A stretch of DNA of 34,197 nucleotides from a bacterium (GTDB taxonomy: Bacteria > Zhuqueibacterota > Zhuqueibacteria > Oceanimicrobiales > Oceanimicrobiaceae). The position numbers and the translations under genes were made by a program. The notes under the pieces are model-generated. The model was not told where the DNA came from. It saw only the letters and a program-made list of their open reading frames with translations, and made no database searches. Below are positions 16,905 through 25,143 of the stretch, piece by piece; positions within the stretch are counted from its first letter, which is position 1, and each line of letters opens with the position of its first letter. The DNA lies in NCBI GenBank assembly GCA_046757025.1, contig JBHHXN010000045.1, positions 1-34,197 of the forward strand, read 5' to 3'.

Positions 16905-17999
16905 TTATTCCCATTTAAACAGTTTAACTGAAATAGAAAAACATAAAATCATCCAGACGGTTAGAATGGCCATTTGCGGCAGAACGTCCAAAAACGTCAG
17001 GCCGTTGGTGAAAATGGAGCGAATGGCGCGTACCAGGTGCGTTAGCGGCAAAAACTCCACCAGCGGTTTCAGGAATTTCGGCATGCCGTCCACCGAAAAA
17101 TAGACGCCGCTTAAAAAAATCATCGGCAGGAAAAGCGTGTTGGCGATACCCGATGCGGTTTCCGTGGTTTTAGCAATGCTGGCGATAAAAAAACCCAGTG
17201 CGATGAAAGCAAACATGCCCACGGTCAGAGCCAGCAGAAAATCAACCGATTTTCCCACCATGTGTACTTTGAAAAGCAAAACACCGATGGCAATCAGCAG
17301 CGCCGCCTGCACCAACACGATGAAATAACGATTCAAAATTTGGCCTGCGATAAAAATGGACTTCGGCAGGGGCGTGACCGACAATCTCCTGAGCTTACCT
17401 TTTTCGCGGTATGCCACCACCACCATACCGATGGAAAACAAACAGGTGGAAACCACGCTCATGCCGATGACGCCCGGCAGCAAAAAATTGATGTAGCGCG
17501 TATCTTTCTGCTCGGCTTGCACCGCGCGCTGCACGATTTGAATCGGCGGCCGCGTTTGCAAAATCGACCAGTTGATTTCATCCACCAGCTGCTTTAAAAT
17601 GGAAACCACCACCTGCAGAATTTGCCCTTGGGATTGATCGTAGAGAATTTCGATTGTGGCGCTGCCGCTTTTGAGCGAATCTTCGTAGCCGCGCCCAATC
17701 ACAATGGCTAAATTTTTATTGTTTTCCTGAAGTTTTTGCAGCATGCTGGCTTTGTCGCCCTTTTCAATTTTCAAGACGCCGATCTTTTCCAGCGCGGCCA
17801 CCAGTTGCTGCGACTGCCGGGACTGATCTTCATCCACCAGACCGACACTAAATTTGATAGAATCGGGTTTGCTGAAAATATAGCCAAACAAAAGCACCAG
17901 AAAAACCGGAAAAAAGAAGGTCCAGAAAACCGCCTGCCGGTCGCGCAAAAACAGTTTCATCTCGAGGTTGAGCTGGCCTAACAGCATTTTGAATTTCAT
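16905..17999 (-). CDS. ABC-2 type exporter permease
   Basis: RDRQAVFWTFFFP, YINFLLPGVIGM, REKGKLRRLSVTP, PMIFLSGVYF, LPLTHLVRAIR; 4-nt overlap with the ATPase stop. Confidence 0.94.
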   Translation of the reverse strand: MKFKMLLGQLNLEMKLFLRDRQAVFWTFFFPVFLVLLFGYIFSKPDSIKFSVGLVDEDQSRQSQQLVAALEKIGVLKIEKGDKASMLQKLQENNKNLAIVIGRGYEDSLKSGSATIEILYDQSQGQILQVVVSILKQLVDEINWSILQTRPPIQIVQRAVQAEQKDTRYINFLLPGVIGMSVVSTCLFSIGMVVVAYREKGKLRRLSVTPLPKSIFIAGQILNRYFIVLVQAALLIAIGVLLFKVHMVGKSVDFLLALTVGMFAFIALGFFIASIAKTTETASGIANTLFLPMIFLSGVYFSVDGMPKFLKPLVEFLPLTHLVRAIRSIFTNGLTFLDVLPQMAILTVWMILCFSISVKLFKWE

Positions 18000-18925
18000 T
18001 CCCGCAAACTCCTGCCGGTTAATTCAAGAAACAGATCTTCCAGAGTGGGACGACGCACATGCAGGTCTTTTATTTCAAATTTTTTCGCCTTAGACATTTC
18101 GACGAGGCTGACCAGTGACGTGTGCGCATTTTTTGAAAACAGCTCCACTTTATCGCCTTTGGTCAACATTTTGGTCACCGCAGGCAGCCGCTGTAATTCA
18201 TCTATCTGAAACACGCCGTTGGCGCTGAATTCCAGACAACTCTCCACTTTTAACAAAGCGATCAATTCGGTAGGGGTCCCTTCTGCGATTTTACGGCCGT
18301 GGTCCATGATGGCGATGCGATCGCACAGGCGTTCCGCTTCCTCCATGTAATGGGTGGTTAAAATCACGGTCTTTTCATCTGTTTTCATTTTGGTGATGAT
18401 GTCCCAGAGATTTCGACGGGCCTGTGGATCCAGGCCGGTGGTGGGTTCATCCAGAAAGACCACTTTGGGGTCGTTCACCAGCGCCAGCGCCAGAGCAAAG
18501 CGTTGCTGTTGACCGCCAGAAAGGTTCTGGTGGTAGCTGTTTTTTTTGTCTTCCAGCGCCACCAGCTCTAACAGCTCCTGTGAAGAACGCCGTTTTTTGT
18601 AATAGCCGCCAAACAGCTTCAGCGCTTCGATGATTTTTATTTTGTTGTAAATGGACGTGGACTGCAACTGCACGCCGATGACTTCGGTGACTTTTTTGAG
18701 CTCGGTTTGCACATTGAAACCGTCGATGTAAAGCTCACCCGCATCGGGTTTACGCAGGCCCTCAATCATTTCCAGCGTGGTGGTTTTACCCGCGCCGTTG
18801 GGACCCAGCAGTCCAAATATTTCGCCTTTGCAAGCAGTAAAACTCAGATTATCCACGGCCTTTAAATCGCCGTAGGATTTGTTGACGTTTTTGACTTCAA
18901 CTGTAATTTTATTGGAATTTTCCAT
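17996..18925 (-). CDS. ABC exporter ATP-binding protein (DrrA-like); probable ATG 18925, ORF track starts at 18964
   Basis: Walker A GPNGAGKTT, signature LSGGQQQR, Walker B VFLDEPTTGLD, TTHYMEEAE, PTLEDLFLELTG. Confidence 0.96.
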   Translation of the reverse strand: MENSNKITVEVKNVNKSYGDLKAVDNLSFTACKGEIFGLLGPNGAGKTTTLEMIEGLRKPDAGELYIDGFNVQTELKKVTEVIGVQLQSTSIYNKIKIIEALKLFGGYYKKRRSSQELLELVALEDKKNSYHQNLSGGQQQRFALALALVNDPKVVFLDEPTTGLDPQARRNLWDIITKMKTDEKTVILTTHYMEEAERLCDRIAIMDHGRKIAEGTPTELIALLKVESCLEFSANGVFQIDELQRLPAVTKMLTKGDKVELFSKNAHTSLVSLVEMSKAKKFEIKDLHVRRPTLEDLFLELTGRSLRE

Positions 18926-18975
18926 TGGACAATCTGTCGTTTCCAATTGATTTTTGTTCCACACCTTTCGTGCAG

Positions 18976-21501
18976 CTAAACGATTTTCACCACCACCAGC
19001 GTCATATCGTCGTCCTGGGTCGATTTACCCGAAAACTGTCTGACGGAGGATAGAATTTTATCCCGCAACGCCAAGGCGTTTTCGCAGCCGTTTTCCACCA
19101 CCAACTTTTCTATGGAGCGGCTGGCGAATTCATCCCCTTTGGCATTGCGTGCTTCGTCGATGCCATCCGAATAAAACAGAAAAACATCGCCGCGCTGAAA
19201 TTTAAACTCTACCTCTTCCAATTCCTGATCAAAAATTTGCCCGCGATCCAACCCCACGCCGATGCCTTTCGGTATGATTTGCTGACAGGCTTTGTTTTTT
19301 ACTGAATAATAGATCAAGGGCAAATGGCCGGCCCGCACCATTTGAAATTTTCTTGACTTCGGGTCGAAAGCGCCACAGGTGAGGGTAATGAACGACTGCT
19401 CGCCGATGTTATGAAAGGTGATGGCGTTGACTTCCTTCATTAAATCTTTTAGTGATTTGTAAAACTTGGACGCGGTTTTGATGATGCCTTTCAACTGCGA
19501 CATGTACAGTGCGGCCGAAGTCCCTTTGCCAGAGACATCGCCCACCACCACCCCAAATCGGCCATCTTGCAATTGAAAATAATCATAGTAATCGCCGCCC
19601 ACCTCCAGGGCCGGAATGGACACGCCGCTGATATCCAGACCGTCCACTTCGGGATCCTTTTGCGGAAGAGAGCTCAGCTGAATTTGACGCGCCACTTCCA
19701 ACTCTTTCTTTAATCGCTCCTGCTCACGTAGTTCTTCCGTCAACAAAGCGTTTTCCAGCGAAATGTTGAGCTGGTCGCCCAGGGTTTCCAGCAGCTCGAT
19801 ATCTTCTTTATAAAACGGTTCCAGGTTTTCTTTCTCTCCCAGACTGATCAGGCCCACGAGCTGACCCTTGGAGATCAAGGGTTGGATGATCTCGGTTTTC
19901 AACTGGCGCCAGCGATTTTGCTCGTCCGCTGACAAATCGAGCTCTTCTTGCAGCGGCGAAAGATCCACAAGCTGTTTTTTGCGGGCGAGATATTTTATGA
20001 CCGCATCTTTACCTGAAAACGTGGTAGAATTTGGCGAAACCTGCGCCGCTAAAAGTTGTGGTTTAAACATCCCGCTGATTTCCTCTTTCCATAAAAAATC
20101 AATGGTGTGAATTTGCATGGTTTGAGTCAGAAATTGGTACAATTGCTTCTGCAGTTTTTGCAAGTCCACCACGTTCACCAATTGATGCCGAAATCTCCTC
20201 ACAGCTTCCCGATAACTAAAACGTGCGGGAAAGAAGCGCTTTTCGATGAAATGCTGGATTCTATTTTTGACGGGATTGAACAAAGCAGCAATCAAAAGGG
20301 TGGCCACAATCGTCACGATCTGACTGCGCGAGCCGGTCAGAAACAACACCAGTTTACCGGCGCCCACCACGAACAGAAAATAAGCCGCCACTAAAAAACC
20401 AGATAGCAATGCGTAAGCCAGGCCGCGCTTGATGATAAAATTGATATCCATAAAGCGATGCTTGATGATGGCATACGCTAAAATCATCGGCCAGAATACC
20501 ACCAGCAACAACACGTATTCTGAATATGGCAGGGATGTATTGAAAAGAGTTTGCGGTAAGAAATAAATGCCGATGGGTATCACCAGCGTCAGCATAGTGC
20601 CGCGGTAAATGATGCGGGTCTGATTTGCCAGGCGCGGATTTAGCGCCAGTTTACAGTATCTGCCCAGCATGGTGAGCGCCACTGAAAAATTCACCGTGAA
20701 CCACATGCCCCAGCTGAATTTGACGGCCGCTTCGGGCAAGTAAATGCTGGAAGTTTCATATAACATGATGGGAATGATCAAGATCAACGAACCGTAGCAA
20801 AGGAAAAAAAACTTTTTTCGATGTTTGATAAACGCCTCTTTTTCCACCGGAAAAATCAAAGCAAAATGCAGTAGCAGTCCAACTGCCAGTGGCCAGAAAG
20901 TCAAACTTATCCAGCGCAGCCACAACGGCACCTTGTTTATTAACGTTTGTGACCCAAAGGGGTACGCCCCCCACATGGCCAGCGCCCAGAGCAAAACCAT
21001 GATGTAAAACAAACGGGCGGTTTTATCTTCCATTTTTTTCAACAATACAAACAGGCCGATCAAACACAGGCTGTAACAGAAAACCATACCCGGCAGCAGA
21101 CCCATGAAAATGGAGCTGGTATAAACTTTTATTTTTCTTTCGGCACGAAAGGTTAGTCTGCGCTCCGCCGCATCCCGCTGAATGAATAATTCAACCAGAT
21201 CACCGATTTGGATATCTTTGTAGGCTTTTTCCTGATCTTCGTAATTGCGAATATCGTAGTCGTTGATTTTCAGTAGAATATCGCCCTTTCGCAGACCGGC
21301 AAAATCGGCCGGACTTTTCGGAATCACACTCTGGATCTCCATTTGTCCGGTTTTTGGATAATGCACTAAAGTCATTCCGGCGACGGGTTCCGAAATAAGG
21401 TAATACACATCGACCACTGTGGAAGAAACGATGTAGAGGAGGGTAAACAGCCCCAGCAGCAGCAACCATGAAATCTTCCACATTTTGATCGATTCGTTCA
21501 T
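18976..21501 (-). CDS. Membrane sensor phosphatase: PDZ, multi-TM region, GAF-like, SpoIIE/RsbU-type PP2C domain
   Basis: PDZ VIPKSPADFAGLRKGDILLKIN; several TM helices; GLISLGEK...EDIELLETL; ELEVARQIQ, VGGDYYD, GDVSGKG, YSDGIDEA, DDMTLVVVK with metal ligands intact. Confidence 0.93.
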   Translation of the reverse strand: MNESIKMWKISWLLLLGLFTLLYIVSSTVVDVYYLISEPVAGMTLVHYPKTGQMEIQSVIPKSPADFAGLRKGDILLKINDYDIRNYEDQEKAYKDIQIGDLVELFIQRDAAERRLTFRAERKIKVYTSSIFMGLLPGMVFCYSLCLIGLFVLLKKMEDKTARLFYIMVLLWALAMWGAYPFGSQTLINKVPLWLRWISLTFWPLAVGLLLHFALIFPVEKEAFIKHRKKFFFLCYGSLILIIPIMLYETSSIYLPEAAVKFSWGMWFTVNFSVALTMLGRYCKLALNPRLANQTRIIYRGTMLTLVIPIGIYFLPQTLFNTSLPYSEYVLLLVVFWPMILAYAIIKHRFMDINFIIKRGLAYALLSGFLVAAYFLFVVGAGKLVLFLTGSRSQIVTIVATLLIAALFNPVKNRIQHFIEKRFFPARFSYREAVRRFRHQLVNVVDLQKLQKQLYQFLTQTMQIHTIDFLWKEEISGMFKPQLLAAQVSPNSTTFSGKDAVIKYLARKKQLVDLSPLQEELDLSADEQNRWRQLKTEIIQPLISKGQLVGLISLGEKENLEPFYKEDIELLETLGDQLNISLENALLTEELREQERLKKELEVARQIQLSSLPQKDPEVDGLDISGVSIPALEVGGDYYDYFQLQDGRFGVVVGDVSGKGTSAALYMSQLKGIIKTASKFYKSLKDLMKEVNAITFHNIGEQSFITLTCGAFDPKSRKFQMVRAGHLPLIYYSVKNKACQQIIPKGIGVGLDRGQIFDQELEEVEFKFQRGDVFLFYSDGIDEARNAKGDEFASRSIEKLVVENGCENALALRDKILSSVRQFSGKSTQDDDMTLVVVKIV

Positions 21502-21555
21502 CTTTTTTTTACCTGGACTAAGTATAAGCGGATTGAAGTGAGTAATTTAACACAT

Positions 21556-21808
21556 TTATTCGACTTTTCCAACCACAACAGTTATGTCGTCGGTTTGATG
21601 GGAATGGCTGGTGAACTCCTGAATGTTGGAAAAAATCTGGCAGTGCAGCGCGCTGGTGTTTTCAAGATGGTTTTGCTGTACGATCTCTGTCAAAAATTCT
21701 AATTCGATTTCCCGTTTCCAGCCCCACACCGAACCCTCCGGAGATGAGAAGCTGGTCATTCGAACCGTTTTGGATTTCATAGATGAAGGGCGGTTCACCA
21801 ACAGGCAT
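21556..21808 (-). pseudogene. Decayed PP2C/SpoIIE C-terminal fragment (internal deletion plus frameshift)
   Basis: One frame gives GEPPFIYEIQNGSNDQLLISGGFGVGLETG (cf. GHLPLIYYSVKNKACQQIIPKGIGVGLDRG in the neighbour); another gives LTEIVQQNHLENTSALHCQIFSNIQEFTSHSHQTDDITVVVGKVE (cf. IEKLVVENGCENALALRDKILSSVRQFSGKSTQDDDMTLVVVKIV). The intervening YSDG segment is missing. Confidence 0.72.
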
Positions 21809-21809
21809 T

Positions 21810-22469
21810 TTACGCAACCTGAACGTGTTCTTGGGTGGATATCTTAATTTCTCTGGCATATTGACCGAACAGATGTGCCTGAATCAACATGCCCCAGAAA
21901 TTGGTGATCGGGGCAAAAATAACCAATCCCGCACAAAGCAGAATGCCGTTTAGAATAATGGAAAAAATAATGATCGCGATGAAGTCTCCAAAATGGCTTC
22001 TTAAAATATTGATCAAGCCGGCGAGGCTGAAAGCGGAGGCGAAATTTTCAGTGGCGGCATACTGAGTGAGTCCAAAATTGATGAAAAACGTCAGGGCAAT
22101 AAACGTGGCGACGGAAATAAACACGATCAAGCTAACTTGTTCAACCTCCGCCATGTAGTGGTTGGAAGCGACGTGAATGATGAACAAGGCACAGAGGCCG
22201 CCGATGACGATAAAATAAATCAGGAAAATCACACTACCCATGACGCCATCCACAAATATCTTGCTCATGTCGCTCCATTCGGGTAAACTCGTTTCCTCCT
22301 CATTCATGACATTTCTCAGGACGCCCACATAATATCCTACCAGAAAAAATCCAAAAATAAAAAGCAGGCCCGCATACATGCTCATAAACCCAAAGAGGCC
22401 GCCGATAGCCATTTTTTTCAACCAGGATTCATCCTTAAAAGTAAAAGACAGCGCTTCAGAATAATTCAT
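21810..22469 (-). CDS. DUF4013-family membrane protein
   Basis: EALSFTFKDESWLKKMAIGG...GY...LPEWSDMSKIFVDG...YAATENFASAFSL...HLFGQ. Confidence 0.86.
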   Translation of the reverse strand: MNYSEALSFTFKDESWLKKMAIGGLFGFMSMYAGLLFIFGFFLVGYYVGVLRNVMNEEETSLPEWSDMSKIFVDGVMGSVIFLIYFIVIGGLCALFIIHVASNHYMAEVEQVSLIVFISVATFIALTFFINFGLTQYAATENFASAFSLAGLINILRSHFGDFIAIIIFSIILNGILLCAGLVIFAPITNFWGMLIQAHLFGQYAREIKISTQEHVQVA

Positions 22470-22591
22470 ATAAAGCTCCTGAAAAATAGAAATTTTCGAA
22501 AATTGAAATCGTGTAGTTTACTTATACGAATAATCCAGGAAATGTTTTATCTGCTCAAAGAAATTACAGTGGTTCAAAGCACCTGTGCCGC

Positions 22592-23548
22592 TCAAGTGGA
22601 ATCCAGCATCCTCTGGAAATTCGCCCGGGAAACATTTCCTCCGCTCAACAGCGCGACGACTTTTTTCTTGCGCACCGTCACCGTCTCCGATAAAAGCGCG
22701 GCGATTCCAACGGCCCCAGAGGGCTCCACCACCAGTTTCGCGCTTTCGAACAGCAGAGCAACCGCCTGACGCACACTGTCATCGGAAACTAATACCACCT
22801 CGTCCACATATTTTTGCACATGTTTAAAAGGCAAAGCGCCGGGGGTGGTGGCCACCAGGGCGTCGCAAATAGTGTCCACCGTCGCGATGGTTTGCAGTTC
22901 ATTTTTTTGGAATGAAAGATACATGGCGTTGGAGCCCTGCGGCTGCACGCCAATCACTTTTACTTGAGGATTGATTTCTTTCACAGCCGTGGCCACTCCG
23001 GCCAACAAACCGCCGCTGCTGATGGGCACCAAAATGTATTCGGCGTGCCGGAGCGCCTCCATGATTTCCAGCCCGATGGTACCGTGCCCCGCCACCACTT
23101 GCGGTGCTTCAAAGGTGTTGATGGCCGCGATGCCTCTCTCCTCCTGCAATCGATCCAGGGTCTCCCAGCGCGCTTCAAAACGATTTTCACACAGGACGAT
23201 CTCCGCCCCGTATCGTCGCGTTTTTTCCACTTTGAATGGCGCGGTTTTTTCCATCACCACCACCGAGGTGGGCACACCCAGCAACGTTCCCATAAAGGCA
23301 AACGCGCCCGCAAAATTCCCTGAAGATGAGATGGCCGCGCCTTTTTGTTTTTGTGAAGGACTCAAATGATTCAAAATCGTAAACGCAGCCCGGGCTTTAT
23401 ACGAACCGGTAACCTGTAAATTTTCAGCCTTCAGATAAATGGCGTTGCCGAGTTTTGACGACAGATCGTGAGAATACAACAGCGGCGTCCGTACAATTTC
23501 AGCGGGCAGCTCACTTTGAGCGGAACGTATTTCTGCTAATGTTACCAT
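22592..23548 (-). CDS. PLP-dependent fold-type II enzyme, threonine/serine dehydratase or racemase family (no regulatory domain)
   Basis: RTPL, LKAENLQVTGSYKAR, SSGN, AGHGTIGLEI, VIGVQP, TICDAL, KLVVEPSGAVGIAA, LSGGNV. Confidence 0.92.
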   Translation of the reverse strand: MVTLAEIRSAQSELPAEIVRTPLLYSHDLSSKLGNAIYLKAENLQVTGSYKARAAFTILNHLSPSQKQKGAAISSSGNFAGAFAFMGTLLGVPTSVVVMEKTAPFKVEKTRRYGAEIVLCENRFEARWETLDRLQEERGIAAINTFEAPQVVAGHGTIGLEIMEALRHAEYILVPISSGGLLAGVATAVKEINPQVKVIGVQPQGSNAMYLSFQKNELQTIATVDTICDALVATTPGALPFKHVQKYVDEVVLVSDDSVRQAVALLFESAKLVVEPSGAVGIAALLSETVTVRKKKVVALLSGGNVSRANFQRMLDST

Positions 23549-23706
23549 AAATTCCTGCTACTTAGTGATGAAAACTTTTGGGGATTTGGAATTGTTGATT
23601 AATTTAAAAAGAAATTATTAATAATCAATTTTAAAATTTCTGAAGTTTTTAAATCGGTTAGCATGGCGCCTGAAATCGCATTCACGGACAGAGTGGATGC
23701 CTAAAT

Positions 23707-23852
23707 AGTGATTGACCGAAAACGAGCATCTTCATGCTGAGCGGAGTCGAAGCATGACGTAAAAACAACAGCTTATCACCCTTCGACGCAGTTTATCCTG
23801 AGCTTGTCGAAGGGCTCAGGGTGAAGAAATAGGGACTTTTCGGTCAATCACT
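23707..23852. mobile_element. MITE-like element with perfect 16-bp terminal inverted repeats carrying CTGAGC/GTCGAAG-type REP hairpins
   Basis: agtgattgaccgaaaa (23707-23722) / ttttcggtcaatcact (23837-23852); inside catgctgagcggagtcgaagcatg and cccttcgac...cctgagcttgtcgaagggctcagggtga. Confidence 0.78.
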
Positions 23853-24034
23853 CAATAAGCGGATTAACCACCCCACCCAAAAAAAAATCACGGCAATTGG
23901 CGTTTCATCAGTTGGATTTGGCTAACGAGACGGTCGAAAATGTTCTTTGGCTTCGTCCTGAGCGGAAAGAATGTTGCGATCGGTTTAAATGAAATTCAAC
24001 AAACCACGCACTCGAATGGGAGCGGCAATCGTTT

Positions 24035-25036
24035 CTAATGATGATTATGCTTGTAACTCTTGAGCGCTTTCATGTACTGCGCGCGTTCAAAAGCACTCGG
24101 ATCTTCACAATTGACCTGACTGATGCTGCCCTGCATCTGTTTCACCGATTCGTATTCGTGCTCCTCCATCCACGCTTGCAGTTCCTGCTCGATGACTTTG
24201 ATTTGCTCCACGCCGTGTTTCAGCAGCACCGAACAAAGCATGGTGACGCTGGCGCCGGCCATGAGCATTTTCAAAACATCCTGCGCTTTGTGGATGCCGC
24301 TGGTGGCCGCGAGGTCGGCTTTTACATGGCCGTACAAAATGGCGATCCAGCGCATGGGAAGGCGCAGCGCCTGAGGTGTGCTCAAAAGTATATGCGGGGT
24401 CACTTCCAGATTGTCGAGGTCGATGTCCGGCTGATAAAACCGATTAAACAACACCAGCGCGTCGGCGCCGGCCTCATCGAAACGCCGGGCCATGTTGGCG
24501 AAGTTGCTGAAAAACGGACTCAATTTAACCGCAACCGGAATTTCCACCACCGATTTTACTGCCTTCAGAATATCGAGGTAGGTGTCTTCCACCTGCCGGC
24601 CGGTGAGATTCATGTCGGTGGGGATGTAATAGATATTCAGCTCCAGCGCATCGGCACCGGCGTCCTGGAGGTAGCGGGCATATTCCGACCAGCCGCCCTC
24701 GGTGTGCGCGTTCAGGCTCGCGATGACCGGAATTTTCACCGCTTCTTTGGCGCTGCGAAGGTGCTCCAGGTATTCTTCTGCACGCAAAACCACGGTATCC
24801 GGCTCCGGGAAATAACTCAGAGATTCTGCATGGCTGTGGGTGTCGTGGGTGAGGTGATGATGCAATTCATGGGTTTCCAGAATGATCTGCTCCTCAAAAA
24901 GAGACTGCAGGACCACTGCGGCCGCACCCGCGTCTTCCATCATTTTGATGTTATCGATTTCCTCAGAAAGCGGCGAAGCGGACGGCACCAACGGGGTGCG
25001 CAGATTCATGCCTAAATAATTGGTGGATAAATCCAT
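24035..25036 (-). CDS. Dihydroorotate dehydrogenase-like FMN protein (PFOR-associated subfamily)
   Basis: MDLSTNYLGMNLRTPLVPSASPL, SLFEEQI, PVIASLN, ALELNIYY, VAVKLSPFFS, LFNRFYQPDID, AFERAQYMKAL; adjacent to nifJ. Confidence 0.93.
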   Translation of the reverse strand: MDLSTNYLGMNLRTPLVPSASPLSEEIDNIKMMEDAGAAAVVLQSLFEEQIILETHELHHHLTHDTHSHAESLSYFPEPDTVVLRAEEYLEHLRSAKEAVKIPVIASLNAHTEGGWSEYARYLQDAGADALELNIYYIPTDMNLTGRQVEDTYLDILKAVKSVVEIPVAVKLSPFFSNFANMARRFDEAGADALVLFNRFYQPDIDLDNLEVTPHILLSTPQALRLPMRWIAILYGHVKADLAATSGIHKAQDVLKMLMAGASVTMLCSVLLKHGVEQIKVIEQELQAWMEEHEYESVKQMQGSISQVNCEDPSAFERAQYMKALKSYKHNHH

Positions 25037-25143
25037 TCGTTACCTCCCTTTCCAATGGTTATTTGATGTTGGAAATATGTATTTCCCGACACACTCCTCG
25101 ATTTCAAGCCGTGTGAAGAAATCCAAACCGCTCCACAGCGCCA

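Noticed and set aside
24038..25015. 325-aa plus-strand ORF
   Set aside because: Antisense shadow of the DHODH-like gene with no recognisable motifs. The other long plus-strand ORFs (2951-3520, 27874-28794, 29432-30262, 33158-34042) were rejected for the same reason.
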